The position numbers and the translations under genes were made by a program. From positions 1-64,000 of the IMG/VR virus record IMGVR_UViG_3300005253_000015: a stretch of DNA of 64,000 nucleotides. One strand, 5' to 3'. Shown here piece by piece: positions 20,402 through 31,684 of the stretch. The first letter of the stretch is position 1. Every line of letters begins with the position of its first letter. Below the pieces are notes generated by a model. It saw only the letters and a list, made by a program, of their open reading frames with translations. It was not told the DNA's origin and did no database searches. The stretch is from a virus.

Positions 20402-20926
20402 ATGAGTAAAGATATCTTTGACCCTAAATCTGACTTTCTTAAGAGTATAAAAACTCCAAAAGATAGAAGTAAAGAAAAATTCATTAAAGAGTGGAATGAA
20501 AGGTATACCGACCCATATGAATATGGAATAATAACTTCCAACGCTAGAAAAGTATTTGTGTATTGTGATTATGTTTTCGAGTCAAATATAGCTCGTTCTC
20601 AAACAAAGAGAGACAAACTAAAAGAGTTACTATTAGAGACCATCCCCAAAATAAAGAGTGAAGATGGTAAAGATAATGCTTTTTATCCTATTAAGAAATT
20701 TAAGATAGACAATCCTATTAAGCTTATTATATCTAAGGACATCACTAAACGTAGGGCTGGAGAATTAGGTTATGGAGTTATATATGAATATTTAGATTTA
20801 CTTCAAAATACTCTGAAACAAATGGGAAAATTGCAGTATACCATTAATGCCCATAAAAAAGAGAATAATATAATTAGGGAATGTAATATTATATGGGGAA
20901 GTGAACAAAGCAATATCTTACCTTAA
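20402..20926 (+). CDS. hypothetical protein
   Basis: 174-aa leaderless ORF. Confidence 0.55.
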   Translation: MSKDIFDPKSDFLKSIKTPKDRSKEKFIKEWNERYTDPYEYGIITSNARKVFVYCDYVFESNIARSQTKRDKLKELLLETIPKIKSEDGKDNAFYPIKKFKIDNPIKLIISKDITKRRAGELGYGVIYEYLDLLQNTLKQMGKLQYTINAHKKENNIIRECNIIWGSEQSNILP

Positions 20927-20960
20927 ATTTTTTATATCCAAAAAATAAATATTAATTATA

Positions 20961-21467
20961 ATGCCCGTATCTAAGTTTAAATGTTCATCCCTATTAGGTA
21001 ATGAAGGTATTGATACATATCATGCTTCTACAAATATAGAGGGTATTAAAAAGAAAGGTAATATTGGAAGGGATGGTAAAAGAATCTATATTGCCTTTAC
21101 GAAGGAAGAGGCTCAAGACTATTTGAACGCCTTTATGAAATATAATGATTATGATAACCCTAGTTTTGGACTTACTAAATTTAAGTTAAATAAAAAAGAC
21201 ATATTTATGGACTGGGAATCCCCATTGGGTGGAAACCTTAAAGGTAGAGGTAGGGACTATTGGCGTTTAGCATGTGGCAATACTAGAGAAACTGAAGAAA
21301 TATGCCATGATGTAATTGGGTTTGTACGTGATGCAGATAATACTCTACCTATAGAAGCATTATACCCTATATGCAAAAATATTGGTGAAGATGATTTTAG
21401 TAAATCCGTATGGGGTGTAACGGGTGTTGGTAAAAAAATTCCAATTAAAGATATTACATTTATATAA
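20961..21467 (+). CDS. ADP-ribosyltransferase-fold (Tpt1/KptA-like) protein
   Basis: YHAST.IEGIKKKG.I......IYIA. Confidence 0.5.
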   Translation: MPVSKFKCSSLLGNEGIDTYHASTNIEGIKKKGNIGRDGKRIYIAFTKEEAQDYLNAFMKYNDYDNPSFGLTKFKLNKKDIFMDWESPLGGNLKGRGRDYWRLACGNTRETEEICHDVIGFVRDADNTLPIEALYPICKNIGEDDFSKSVWGVTGVGKKIPIKDITFI

Positions 21468-24039
21468 AGTCTGAAAGCATTTATTATGACAGATATTGAT
21501 GATAAGATTACCTTAGTAGTATTATCTGGTACTATACTTGGTGGAATATAATTAATTACAAAACTTATCAGATTAATAAGAAAGAAAATACGATAATTAT
21601 TTAACCCATTCTAACTTCCAATGGAACTTATTTCTAAACATTCGCTTTACCCACTTATAACAGATTACGTCATCAATTATATAAAAAGTCCCTTCCTCAT
21701 TCTTGACTATTTTACGCTTAATTGTTATAACCACATTTAAAATGATATAATTTCGTATACAAAATAATTGCTTGAGTATTCAGTAAAATTGGTTTCCCGC
21801 ACTTCTCACATATAAGTTCGATGTTTTTTATTACGAATCTTCCTTTGTTATTATCCATCATTTCACCTTTATTCTCGTTCATATATTATCCACCAACCAT
21901 TCTTTTATAATCATCAGCCAATTTCTTTATATCTTCTTGCGAAAGCTCATTTATTTCTAACATTAATAGTTTATAACAATTATCACATACAACAGCCATA
22001 TCCCACTCCATACTATCTGGGTATTTAGAAAAGTTTTCCTCACATTCTTTAGCACACTCTGCATCACTCCATCCCTTTTCATAATCGTTTCCACATTTAG
22101 CACATTTATAGCTATTATAAAGCTTCCCTCTACCCTTCTTCTTAGGTTTCTTCATTTTTTCTTTTTTACTATTTCATATTCTCCTCTTTCTAAGGTTTCC
22201 ATTATAGAACCTATAGCCAATTGGGCATCTTCTAAAGCTTCGAATAGAGGGTTTCCCTCATATCTCTTTTGAAGGTTTTCATATAAATCTACTTGTCCTT
22301 CTCTCCATTTCTTTTCTTTTTCTTCTTCACTCATTTTTCTTTCTCCAATAAGTATAGAATAACTTTATTACAAAGAGTAATCATATTTCCAAATGATATA
22401 TTGGTAATATCAAAGTTATCTTTATTCAAAAACTCTAAAAACTCTTTAGGAAGGCTATTATAACCCAGTTGGATTAGAACTTTTTTTAATTCAACCAAAC
22501 TCTCATAAATCTCTTTTTTTACCTTAATAGCTACAAATTCTTTTTTATTTGGTGGTATAGATACTAACCATCCATGCTTTCTTAATTCGGGAATCATTGC
22601 TTCTAGCTCTTCTTTTGTAAGTTCCACATTATTATCGAGTTTTATTGGATGACATATAGGACATTCAGCATCATCAAGCTCAGAATAAAAAGCTTCTTTA
22701 CAATCCGTACAATATATTTTAATTGTCATTATTTCTATTTCTTAATTTTAATAATTTAATTAATTCATAATAGGCTTCAGCTGTAAGATAATATTTTAAT
22801 ATCTTTTTATTATCATATTGACAAAAACATGGAAACACCACATAAGTATACCAATCTGGGTCAATACCTATTTTTATACTTGATGATGGATTCTTTACAA
22901 TAGGGTGAGTTTCTAAAGTATTTATATTAAAATCTAATGGCTTTCCACATTCCCCGCAATGTAATATATTATTAATCACTTTCTCAGTCATTTTAAAAAT
23001 CCCATCCATATATGATATAGTTCAGATATTCTACCATTTACTAATCCCACTGAATGCAGTTTATCCTTTACATCTTCACTTGGTATATTAAATACACTTA
23101 TAATTGTTGCCATTCCGTCATGAAAGCCCTTATTAAATGCTTCAAACAAAGTTTTCTTCTTTACCTTTTTGTTTTTTATTGGTGTTTTATGTACAATTAT
23201 TTTATCTATTCCAAGTTTATTTGGCTTACATTTTACAATTCTAGGTGGTGTATCTATATCATCTGATTCATTTACCTTACGTATCCAAAAGGATATACTT
23301 TTAAGTCTCTCCCTTACTTTAATAGAACTCGCTCTATACAAAAAGTTATTATCATATTCCCATAGCTCCTTTAGAATTTTGGCATCATTATCATTCTCAG
23401 ATTCAAAACATAAAGCATGTGAATTGGTTCTTTCATCATTTACTATTTTAACCTTCATATATTCACCTTATTTATATTTTTTCTTCTTTTAAAGTGTTTC
23501 CTTCCAAATCACTAATTCTTGTGTAATTAAGGTCTAAATCAAAAACCTCTTCATTATAATCTTTCATAACACTGTCTATAGTTTCTCCTTCTTTTAAGGT
23601 ATATTCACCACCACACCAAACAATTACTTTTTTCTCTTCACTCATTATTTAACCTCTCTAATTCTTTTTCGATATCTTCTATCTGTTTCTCAATTATGTT
23701 TATAAATGAGCTCAGATATAGTATTAGCTTCTTTAAAGGAGTAGTGTCTACATAAGTATTATATAATACCTCTTTAACTTCCATCTTCCAGCCCATTGAT
23801 TTCTCAATGCCCTTTGCTATATTCTCAGCAACTTCCTTACTCTTTTGAGCAGAGTGGATAAATTTAGCTTCCCACTGAATAACAAGATATATCGCTTTAC
23901 TACCAAGCATTTTCTTCTAACTCCTTATATTTTTTTAAACTTTCTCGGTTAATATAACCCACACAAATGTCTGGTTTACTTATTTTATCTTTAATTATAC
24001 AAATATCGTCAAAACCACAATCATCGTGTACTGGACATT

Positions 24040-24333
24040 TCATTTTTTATCTCTCACTTCAAATATATCTGTGCCATCTAAGGCTTTAATTAATTCTTTC
24101 CCTAACTTTCTTTTATCCATTAAACCTTTAATAAATTCACTTATTTCATTAAGGCAGATTGTATCATAAATAACATTACCCTCTGAAAAAAAACAATATT
24201 TTCTCCATGCTGAGTGCCATTTAATAACTCCTAATATATTTCCAAATTTTATATTTACCACAGCATAGACCATAGTTTTAGGTTTCTTCTCTAAAAAATC
24301 AAATCTAATATACTTCTTCTTGTTTTTTATCAT
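24040..24333 (-). CDS. conserved phage hypothetical protein
   Basis: KT....V.N.....LG.IKW...WRKYCF........CL.EI..F. Confidence 0.55.
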   Translation of the reverse strand: MIKNKKKYIRFDFLEKKPKTMVYAVVNIKFGNILGVIKWHSAWRKYCFFSEGNVIYDTICLNEISEFIKGLMDKRKLGKELIKALDGTDIFEVRDKK

Positions 24334-25192
24334 ATATTAACTTCCGCTCAAGCTTTTGTCTAATTCATTCATCATATTCTTAATCATTTCATTCATACCC
24401 CCTTCTTCATTAAAATCATCTATATTCTTAAAGCGTTTTAATAGGAATTCCAAAGCAGCTGATAATGATGATTTCTCAGACTCCGTAAAGAAATGAAATC
24501 TATCAAACTCCCATATATAGTTTCCTGATTTTGAGTACAATTTCATATATTAACTATCTCCTTTAATTTGTTTTTTAAGTAGTCTATCTTGCTTTTTTAA
24601 TTCAACCTTAATTTGTCCTTCAAACCATTCTTTTAATTTATCTGGGTCTGGTTTTTTATTTGACATCTAATTTCACCCCACAATAAGGACAGAATTTTAT
24701 ATAATATATCGTTATTCCATAATTCCCAAGATATATACACCAAATTGTATGAGTAATTGGGGTAGTACAAATTATAATTTTATCCTTATACTTCATCTCA
24801 TCGCAGTTATGCTTTGGCATTTAATTTCTCCTTTAAATCATTTGGGACACATTCAAGACAAACTAATTCTGATTCTATAACATCAGTCGCTATAACAGAG
24901 AAACCTATCTGTTTATTATCGTGAATTATTACTATAGTGCTTAAAGTATATCTTCCCTCTTTACCACATTTCCAACATTTTTTTGATACATCAATTTCAC
25001 TATCTGGCATTCAATATTTCCTTTAATTTATTATATTCAACACATTGAGTATCACAATCAGTACATCTCTCTTTATCAATCCAATCATCTTCAAGAATAC
25101 ATTTAACTGCTATATGTCCTATGCTATACGTTTTTGGATTCCTGAAATGTCGTATGAACCACCCTCTTAAACCAGCTTTCCAATTCTTTTTT

Positions 25193-25429
25193 TTATAATC
25201 CAACATTTAATCTCTCCTTTAAATCTAATATCACATTATCTTTATCATCTAAGGCACTATTTAACTTAAAAAATATATTTGGTATGGCACGAATAAATTC
25301 ACTTAAGGTCATCTTTCGGTATCCCGCTTGGTTTTGATACCATTTTTGATGCTCTTCATTAATTTTAGCACTAATTTTTTTGGGGAATAAACTTGGTTTA
25401 TTTCGAGATACTACTTTCTTTTTTGCCAC
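25193..25429 (-). CDS. ribbon-helix-helix-like DNA-binding protein
   Basis: ISAKINEE.......A....MTLSEFIR. Confidence 0.5.
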   Translation of the reverse strand: MAKKKVVSRNKPSLFPKKISAKINEEHQKWYQNQAGYRKMTLSEFIRAIPNIFFKLNSALDDKDNVILDLKERLNVGL

Positions 25430-25565
25430 ATATTTTATATTAATGTTAACTTTATAAACATTCTTATTCGTCAGACCGTCAGACCCAAAAATACCTCTAT
25501 AAATTGTAAAAGGTAGTACGGATAATCCCTAAAATTTTTATATTTTTAAATCAATTCTATATTTA

Positions 25566-26591
25566 ATGGAAGAGTCTGATATTACTAATTGGTATCAAGC
25601 TGGAAAAAAAATTATAGAGAATTTTTATAAAGACTATAATTATGAAAGATTTCGCCCCTTTTATCATGGTACAAGTTCTTATCATATTAAGAATATAAAG
25701 AAACTTGGATTATGCCCACGAGGAGAAACACCATCCGTATGGGATGAACTACCAAGTCATAAGGATAGGATATACTTTGCTCAATGTCAAGATTATTTAC
25801 CAAATACAGCTGCTAATTATGCAGTTAGCCAAGCAGAATGGTTTAGAAATACTCGTTTTAAAAAAAATATACCCATACAACATATATATAAAGGTGAGAA
25901 ATTAGAAAAAACATTCCAAGATGTTGATTTTTCTGAAGAACCGATTACCATGTTTGTTAAATTTGATGCTATTGATAAATATAAGGAATTTATAGATGCT
26001 GATACTGACCGTTCATATATTGATGAGATAACAGACCCAGATTATAATTATCAAACCTTTTATAAACAAGACCCTCATTCAAACATAATTAATAATTCAA
26101 AAGCATCTAACTACTCGGTTTTATGTAGTAGTAGAATAGAAAAGTCTGTAATAGATGTATTAGATACTTTATGGATAAAATGTGGCTGGAAATGTGTTAA
26201 AGATATTATTGATAAAGATATACCACCTTCCATAAAAAGCCTTTATGCATTACCATTAACTATTTCATTACGCAAATGTTCAATTCCACCAGAAGACTTA
26301 ACAGTATTAACAAAGGAAGAATGGAATGAAGACAAAAAAAACTGTTGGGAATGGAATACAAAAACTGGTGGATGTGATAATAAAGAGATTACATTAAAAC
26401 AAAAATATGCTAATTTAATTGAAAAATATGATGTTAAATTTTGGACATATCATGATATTGAACGTAGAGTGAAGGAGAAGGCACGTTCTAGGGAAGCTGA
26501 AAAGGAAATTCCATTTGCTAGAAAAGAATTAGTTGATTATATACAAAAAGAAAAAGTGCCTAAATTTTTACAGATGTTAGAAAAATTATGA
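25566..26591 (+). CDS. ADP-ribosyltransferase-fold protein
   Basis: FYHGTSS.HIKNIKKLGL.PR......W....S..DRIYFA. Confidence 0.6.
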   Translation: MEESDITNWYQAGKKIIENFYKDYNYERFRPFYHGTSSYHIKNIKKLGLCPRGETPSVWDELPSHKDRIYFAQCQDYLPNTAANYAVSQAEWFRNTRFKKNIPIQHIYKGEKLEKTFQDVDFSEEPITMFVKFDAIDKYKEFIDADTDRSYIDEITDPDYNYQTFYKQDPHSNIINNSKASNYSVLCSSRIEKSVIDVLDTLWIKCGWKCVKDIIDKDIPPSIKSLYALPLTISLRKCSIPPEDLTVLTKEEWNEDKKNCWEWNTKTGGCDNKEITLKQKYANLIEKYDVKFWTYHDIERRVKEKARSREAEKEIPFARKELVDYIQKEKVPKFLQMLEKL

Positions 26592-27122
26592 TTTTATAAC
26601 TTTTCTACATTTTGGACATCGGTAATATTTCCCTGATATATGTTTCATAATTATCCAACATGCTGGACAATATACATCTTTAAAACTAACTGATGATAAA
26701 TCTCTTGAGGCTTTATCAGTCTCAGAATCAAAATCTTTATCTTCCCAACCCCAATAAATATTACATTTTTCATATACAGTTTTTCCAGAATTAACAAAAT
26801 CATTTATATCTTTATGAAGTACCTCAGCAGTCTTTTGTACATCCTCATGCAATCCTAGATAGTCAAAATCACACAATATAAATCTATGTCGTGACCCCAT
26901 TCGCCAATAATCACCCTCTTCTTTACTACCAAGTGATAACACAGATGTATCAAAAGCACATCCCTCTGTATATATTATTTCATCGTCACTTTTTAATTTT
27001 TTCTTTATATTTTCAACAACATTGATTAGTCTTTCTTTATCTCTTTTTAATTGTGTAGGATGTTTTCTATCATATTTAGGTTTTACATCACATTTTATGA
27101 ATATCTTAAATTCATTTGGCAT
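26586..27122 (-). CDS. hypothetical protein with C-terminal Zn ribbon
   Basis: CPAC...CPKC. Confidence 0.5.
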   Translation of the reverse strand: MPNEFKIFIKCDVKPKYDRKHPTQLKRDKERLINVVENIKKKLKSDDEIIYTEGCAFDTSVLSLGSKEEGDYWRMGSRHRFILCDFDYLGLHEDVQKTAEVLHKDINDFVNSGKTVYEKCNIYWGWEDKDFDSETDKASRDLSSVSFKDVYCPACWIIMKHISGKYYRCPKCRKVIKS

Positions 27123-27215
27123 TTTCTTTATAATTCTTTTTAATAATAATATTAAGGTGATAGAAATATAAAAAATTGGCTGAAAATTTTTAAGTTCATA
27201 TACTAATTATTATTC

Positions 27216-27812
27216 ATGAGAAATAATGAACAGTCTCTGAAATATGCAGAGACGCTTCGAGAATTTTATTCTGAAATGTCGAAAAAAGACATTCCATTTG
27301 ACCAACTTCTTGATTTCTATGCTAATGAACTTCTATCGGATATGCCTAAAAACATCCGAGAAGGATGTATAAAACTGAGTGATTTTAGTGAGAAAGATTG
27401 GAAATGCCTTATTGCTGCAAACGTAGGAAGCGATAAACTGGTTTCATATGGAATAAAAGGCTCTATCGTTAAAGAGAGAGGTACAAAAATGAGTTGGTCT
27501 AACGGTTCTCGAACTTGGTTTACTCATCAACCTGTTGATAAAAGAGACTCAATTAGGCTTGATGCTAATGAAATGATTATTCCATGTTCATTTAAAAGAG
27601 CTGAAAGACTGAGATGTTATATTAATGAATTACCACTTTATTATAGCTCTACGGAAGCAAAGATGAGGGGGGAGATTTCTGCTAAGGATTCATTAGATAT
27701 CTATACTGAGGGAAGAGTAGGTAGTATTCTTGATTCACTACCAAAAGACCAAGCTGATAAATTAAAAGACCAAATTAGAAAAAAAGGGTGGGGTTTTTTC
27801 TTTGGTTCGTGA
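27216..27812 (+). CDS. hypothetical protein
   Basis: 198-aa leaderless ORF. Confidence 0.5.
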   Translation: MRNNEQSLKYAETLREFYSEMSKKDIPFDQLLDFYANELLSDMPKNIREGCIKLSDFSEKDWKCLIAANVGSDKLVSYGIKGSIVKERGTKMSWSNGSRTWFTHQPVDKRDSIRLDANEMIIPCSFKRAERLRCYINELPLYYSSTEAKMRGEISAKDSLDIYTEGRVGSILDSLPKDQADKLKDQIRKKGWGFFFGS

Positions 27813-28539
27813 AAAATATTCCTTTCCTAAAGGCTATTGTTTAGTAAATAATAGAGCAAGTTTTGAAGATGTAATTCAAACAGTAGAAAATATTCCCTTA
27901 GAGTTAATGCCACCATCCTTTAAAAAAGCAGAAGATTTTGTAAGAAATGTAATGAAAATAGATTATGGTCATTGGAGTCCAGAAGAAGCAGATGGAAGTA
28001 ATTTTGAAAAAGTGTGTCATTTTGGTCAAACAGCGGAAGAGGCAGTGAGAGACTTTGATTTACATGAGGCACGATTAACTATTGAGTATGGTCTTAGTGG
28101 GGGAGCTTGGCATTTAAAAAAGATAAAGCATCTTTTAGATAAGGATTTCTATGATGAATGGATTGAACCTAAATACCAAAATCCTAATACCGTTGGTAGA
28201 GAAGACTTAACAAGTAAGTTATATATGTTAGCGAGTGATGTCTATAATGGTAGACGTGAAGACTTTATGGATAATGATATTAGAGAATTATTTACTGAAA
28301 GTAAAATATTAGGGGATATGATGGATTTTGGAAGTGAATCAACTAAAACAAAAGAGGAAAATAGAGCGATACGAAAGGAAGCAAGTGAAATCAGAAGCAG
28401 AGGAAATGCTATGATTGAAGCTAAAAAGCAACATATAAAGGATGAGATTCATAATAGAGCCATCGAAAATTGGTATGAGAAATATGCGTGGGATTTTGAT
28501 AAGGAAGAGAGAAATGAATTAAAAAACCCGTACAAATAA
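27802..28539 (+). CDS. hypothetical protein
   Basis: 245-aa ORF overlapping the upstream gene. Confidence 0.5.
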   Translation: MVREKYSFPKGYCLVNNRASFEDVIQTVENIPLELMPPSFKKAEDFVRNVMKIDYGHWSPEEADGSNFEKVCHFGQTAEEAVRDFDLHEARLTIEYGLSGGAWHLKKIKHLLDKDFYDEWIEPKYQNPNTVGREDLTSKLYMLASDVYNGRREDFMDNDIRELFTESKILGDMMDFGSESTKTKEENRAIRKEASEIRSRGNAMIEAKKQHIKDEIHNRAIENWYEKYAWDFDKEERNELKNPYK

Positions 28540-28630
28540 GTAGAGAAGAAATGATAATGCGGGATTGGTTTAAAAAAAAATAATAAAAAAAAAGATTTTA
28601 AAAATACTAAATGTTAGGATTTATTAGCGT

Positions 28631-28834
28631 TTATTTTTTACCTTGTTTCTTTCCGCCACCAGTTTTACCTTTACAGTCATCACTAGCTGCATAGAAATCC
28701 TTTCCAGCCAATAATTCCTTTCTCATACATCTAGAACGGTTATTAGTGCCAGGTGACCTACGTACTCCACCTTTGTTATTAAGATTAATAACCATTTTCT
28801 TTCCAAGCAATAGAACTTGTCTTCCTTTTCCCAT
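28631..28834 (-). CDS. small basic Cys-paired protein, possible nucleoid/core protein
   Basis: Lys/Arg/Gly-rich; RCMRKEL..FYAASDDC. Confidence 0.4.
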   Translation of the reverse strand: MGKGRQVLLLGKKMVINLNNKGGVRRSPGTNNRSRCMRKELLAGKDFYAASDDCKGKTGGGKKQGKK

Positions 28835-28931
28835 AACTTTTCAACTCAGTTATTTTTTTACTTTTTAATGTTAAATTAAAAATAAGCAAACTTATATATA
28901 AAGATGTGTTCAAGCTATATCTTTAACATTA

Positions 28932-29279
28932 TCATTCATTAAATATAGGCGCAATTAATCTTTCTTGACCTTCTATATCAATAACAAAATAGTCTCCCAG
29001 TACTTCCTTTATATTATCATCAATTATCAAAACAAGTCTACCTATCTTAATAATATCTGTATTTAATTGATAATGTGCTACTCTCTTTTCTACTGTACCG
29101 TTATGAATTACTCCATTTTTAATCCACGTTTTTAGTCGTGAAATAATAAGATTGTTTTTTTTTAGTGATTCACTTCTATTTTTTGGTTTAAATATCGTAT
29201 TAGCTATTTCTGTACTTGTAAGGTCTTCATTATCCAAAAAAAGATTTAGCATTTTTACTCCTATTTCATCAAACTTCAT
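28932..29279 (-). CDS. winged-helix DNA-binding protein
   Basis: LTSTEIA..IF......I.SRLK.W.K.G.I. Confidence 0.5.
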   Translation of the reverse strand: MKFDEIGVKMLNLFLDNEDLTSTEIANTIFKPKNRSESLKKNNLIISRLKTWIKNGVIHNGTVEKRVAHYQLNTDIIKIGRLVLIIDDNIKEVLGDYFVIDIEGQERLIAPIFNE

Positions 29280-29555
29280 TCTCTCTCTCTTCGTCTGTTA
29301 ATCTATTAAACTTATTTAATACAGCAATATCTAAATTATTTATTTCTTTTCCACTACAATGTTCACCAATTTTAATATTACCATTTTTTCCGAATTCTAT
29401 CTTACACTTATCACCAAAATCTAATATTTCTTTTTCTTCACTCATTTTTATCATCTCTTAATTGTTTTTTATTTCTTTTAACTCTTGGTAATATATTTAT
29501 TTTTATTCTACGACCAATATATCTATATATGGATGTTTCTTCTTTATTCTCCATA

Positions 29556-29891
29556 TTATATAGGACATCCTTCTAATGCTTTTTTATTATAAGAAGCTTT
29601 AACATCATCGGAAAGTTTACCCCATCCCTTGTCAGTAAGACATTTTCCAAAATTACCAGATTTTTTAGCACATACTTTCATATAGCAATTATAGCCAGAC
29701 ATTTGTTTTTTCTCTCCCTTTACCTTATTAGCCTTTCTTGAGGTTTTTGATGTTTTTTTAGCACAATTAGTCATTAATTCTTCTAATAATTCAATCTTTC
29801 CAGTATGAGACCTAACATTTTTAAGCTGGAAAAGTGCTGCTCCACCAGAACATTCTCCCATTCCGCCCTTTCCCATTTCATTTAACCTCAT
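29556..29891 (-). CDS. HMG-box-like basic protein
   Basis: KKQMSGYNCYMK...FGKC...WGKLSDDVKASYNKKA. Confidence 0.55.
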   Translation of the reverse strand: MRLNEMGKGGMGECSGGAALFQLKNVRSHTGKIELLEELMTNCAKKTSKTSRKANKVKGEKKQMSGYNCYMKVCAKKSGNFGKCLTDKGWGKLSDDVKASYNKKALEGCPI

Positions 29892-30569
29892 TTAATTCTT
29901 TTAGGAATGACTTAAATACTCCAGTTTTCATAGTTTTATAATTTGTTGGTTCTTTATCTGGAAATTTTTCTTTAAAGAGACTTATTTCTTTTGCTATGGA
30001 AGCAAGTTCTGGATAACGTATACCTATTTTTTCAATATTATATAGTACGGACTGTCTTTTACCAGTCTCTGGAAAGACACCATGTTCACGCCCAAGAAGT
30101 GCGATATTAGTAGCCCATGCCTCTATTACTTCACTATCCAACACCTTCGCTACCTTTGTCTTAATATCTCCATATTTATTTCTTAAATCCCTTTTTTTTT
30201 TATCGCTTATATATTCTCCACAATAGTCTTTTACTACTTTATGTCCTATTATAGCATTCCCTATTGGAGTAAATATTTTGTGAATATTTTCAAGATTATT
30301 ATATTCATCTCCTATCTCAGTAAATTTATCTTCATATTCATAAGTATTATCTATGATACCATCATAGGCAAGATGACATATTTTAACCATTTCATTATGA
30401 TTAAATGTAAATGCTGGTTCTCTTCTTGCTTTTATTAATAATCTTTTCTCTACAGTAGCTTTTTCTAGCTCAACCATCATTTTTCTAAATGGTAAATCAC
30501 TACCACCTACGGCTAGAACCTTTCTTCTATGCTCTGCTTGTGCTTTAGCTAACTGCTCTTTATATCCTA

Positions 30570-31028
30570 CTATATCAAACACCCTTCATCAGCTTTATCT
30601 TTCCAAGAATCTTCCTTACCATTATATTCAGTTTGCCTTATTTTCCAACCCAATGTTCCACTATACTTTTCATCACTAGATTTCATACAAGTTTGAAAGT
30701 CAAGTGTCTCTCCTTCAAATGATTGACTACTACACCATTTTAGATAACAATTCCACCTATTTAAAGGGCGTTTAGGTTTTGGTATATGAGCAGCAATCGC
30801 AGCCCCTTTTCCAACACCAGTGGCACATGAACTTATTATAGTATTAAGAAAAGATTCTTGTTCTTTTTTTGATTTATTTTTAGTAAAAAGCCATTTAAAT
30901 TCTTTTCTCGCCCAATACGGGTCACATATATGATATTTAGTTCTTTTTTTAGGCTCTATCTTTTTTGGGGGTGGGGGTGTTTCATCATTTTCAGACGTAT
31001 ATATTTGTGGAATTTCTGCTTCTACCAT
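30570..31028 (-). CDS. HMG-box-like basic protein, paralog of 29556..29891
   Basis: PKPKRPLNRWNCYLKWC...FQTCM...W...WKDKADEGCLI. Confidence 0.5.
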   Translation of the reverse strand: MVEAEIPQIYTSENDETPPPPKKIEPKKRTKYHICDPYWARKEFKWLFTKNKSKKEQESFLNTIISSCATGVGKGAAIAAHIPKPKRPLNRWNCYLKWCSSQSFEGETLDFQTCMKSSDEKYSGTLGWKIRQTEYNGKEDSWKDKADEGCLI

Positions 31029-31321
31029 TATAAATCAACCTTATTATGTTTGCATACTGCCCTTTTCCCGTCTGGGGATATATTACATGCCTCTGTGAAG
31101 TTTGTGGTCTTATCCTTTAATATAAGTGTAGGAGCACCTTTAACATTGTGTAGAGCAGCTAATTTACGAGCTGACTCATCATTAGATAGATTTCCAATCT
31201 TTATCTTTCCACTCGCTATTCTATCCTTTAGTTTCTCTTTAGCATCGGCACAATGACCGCATCCATCTAAAACCAGCATTGTAACTTCATAATCATCTAA
31301 AGACTTATTATTACTTGACAT
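31028..31321 (-). CDS. thioredoxin/glutaredoxin-like protein
   Basis: CGHC active site and cis-Pro motif VKGAPTLI. Confidence 0.8.
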   Translation of the reverse strand: MSSNNKSLDDYEVTMLVLDGCGHCADAKEKLKDRIASGKIKIGNLSNDESARKLAALHNVKGAPTLILKDKTTNFTEACNISPDGKRAVCKHNKVDL

Positions 31322-31684
31322 TATAATAATACTTTATTTTTTTACTATAAAAGATTTAGGCTCTAATTCAAATATAAAAAAAAGATTATCTTACGGTACA
31401 CTCTTTAAAGCCCTTATAAGCTCGATATAACAACACAGAGCCAATACCCTTAAGAATTATACTAGGTATCCAAGCAGCTGTTTTTCCTATATGTTTATAT
31501 GTTTTCCAATAGGCTACACATCCAACTAAACCTATAATTGAACCATAAAGAAGATTATTTCTAAATTTAGGACAATACTTCCATTTTTCTATTAGCTGTG
31601 TTATTGGCTTAGGTTTAATTATTTGTGTAGGCATTATTATACTATACGATTATTTATTATTTAAATTATATTATTATTATTTCT

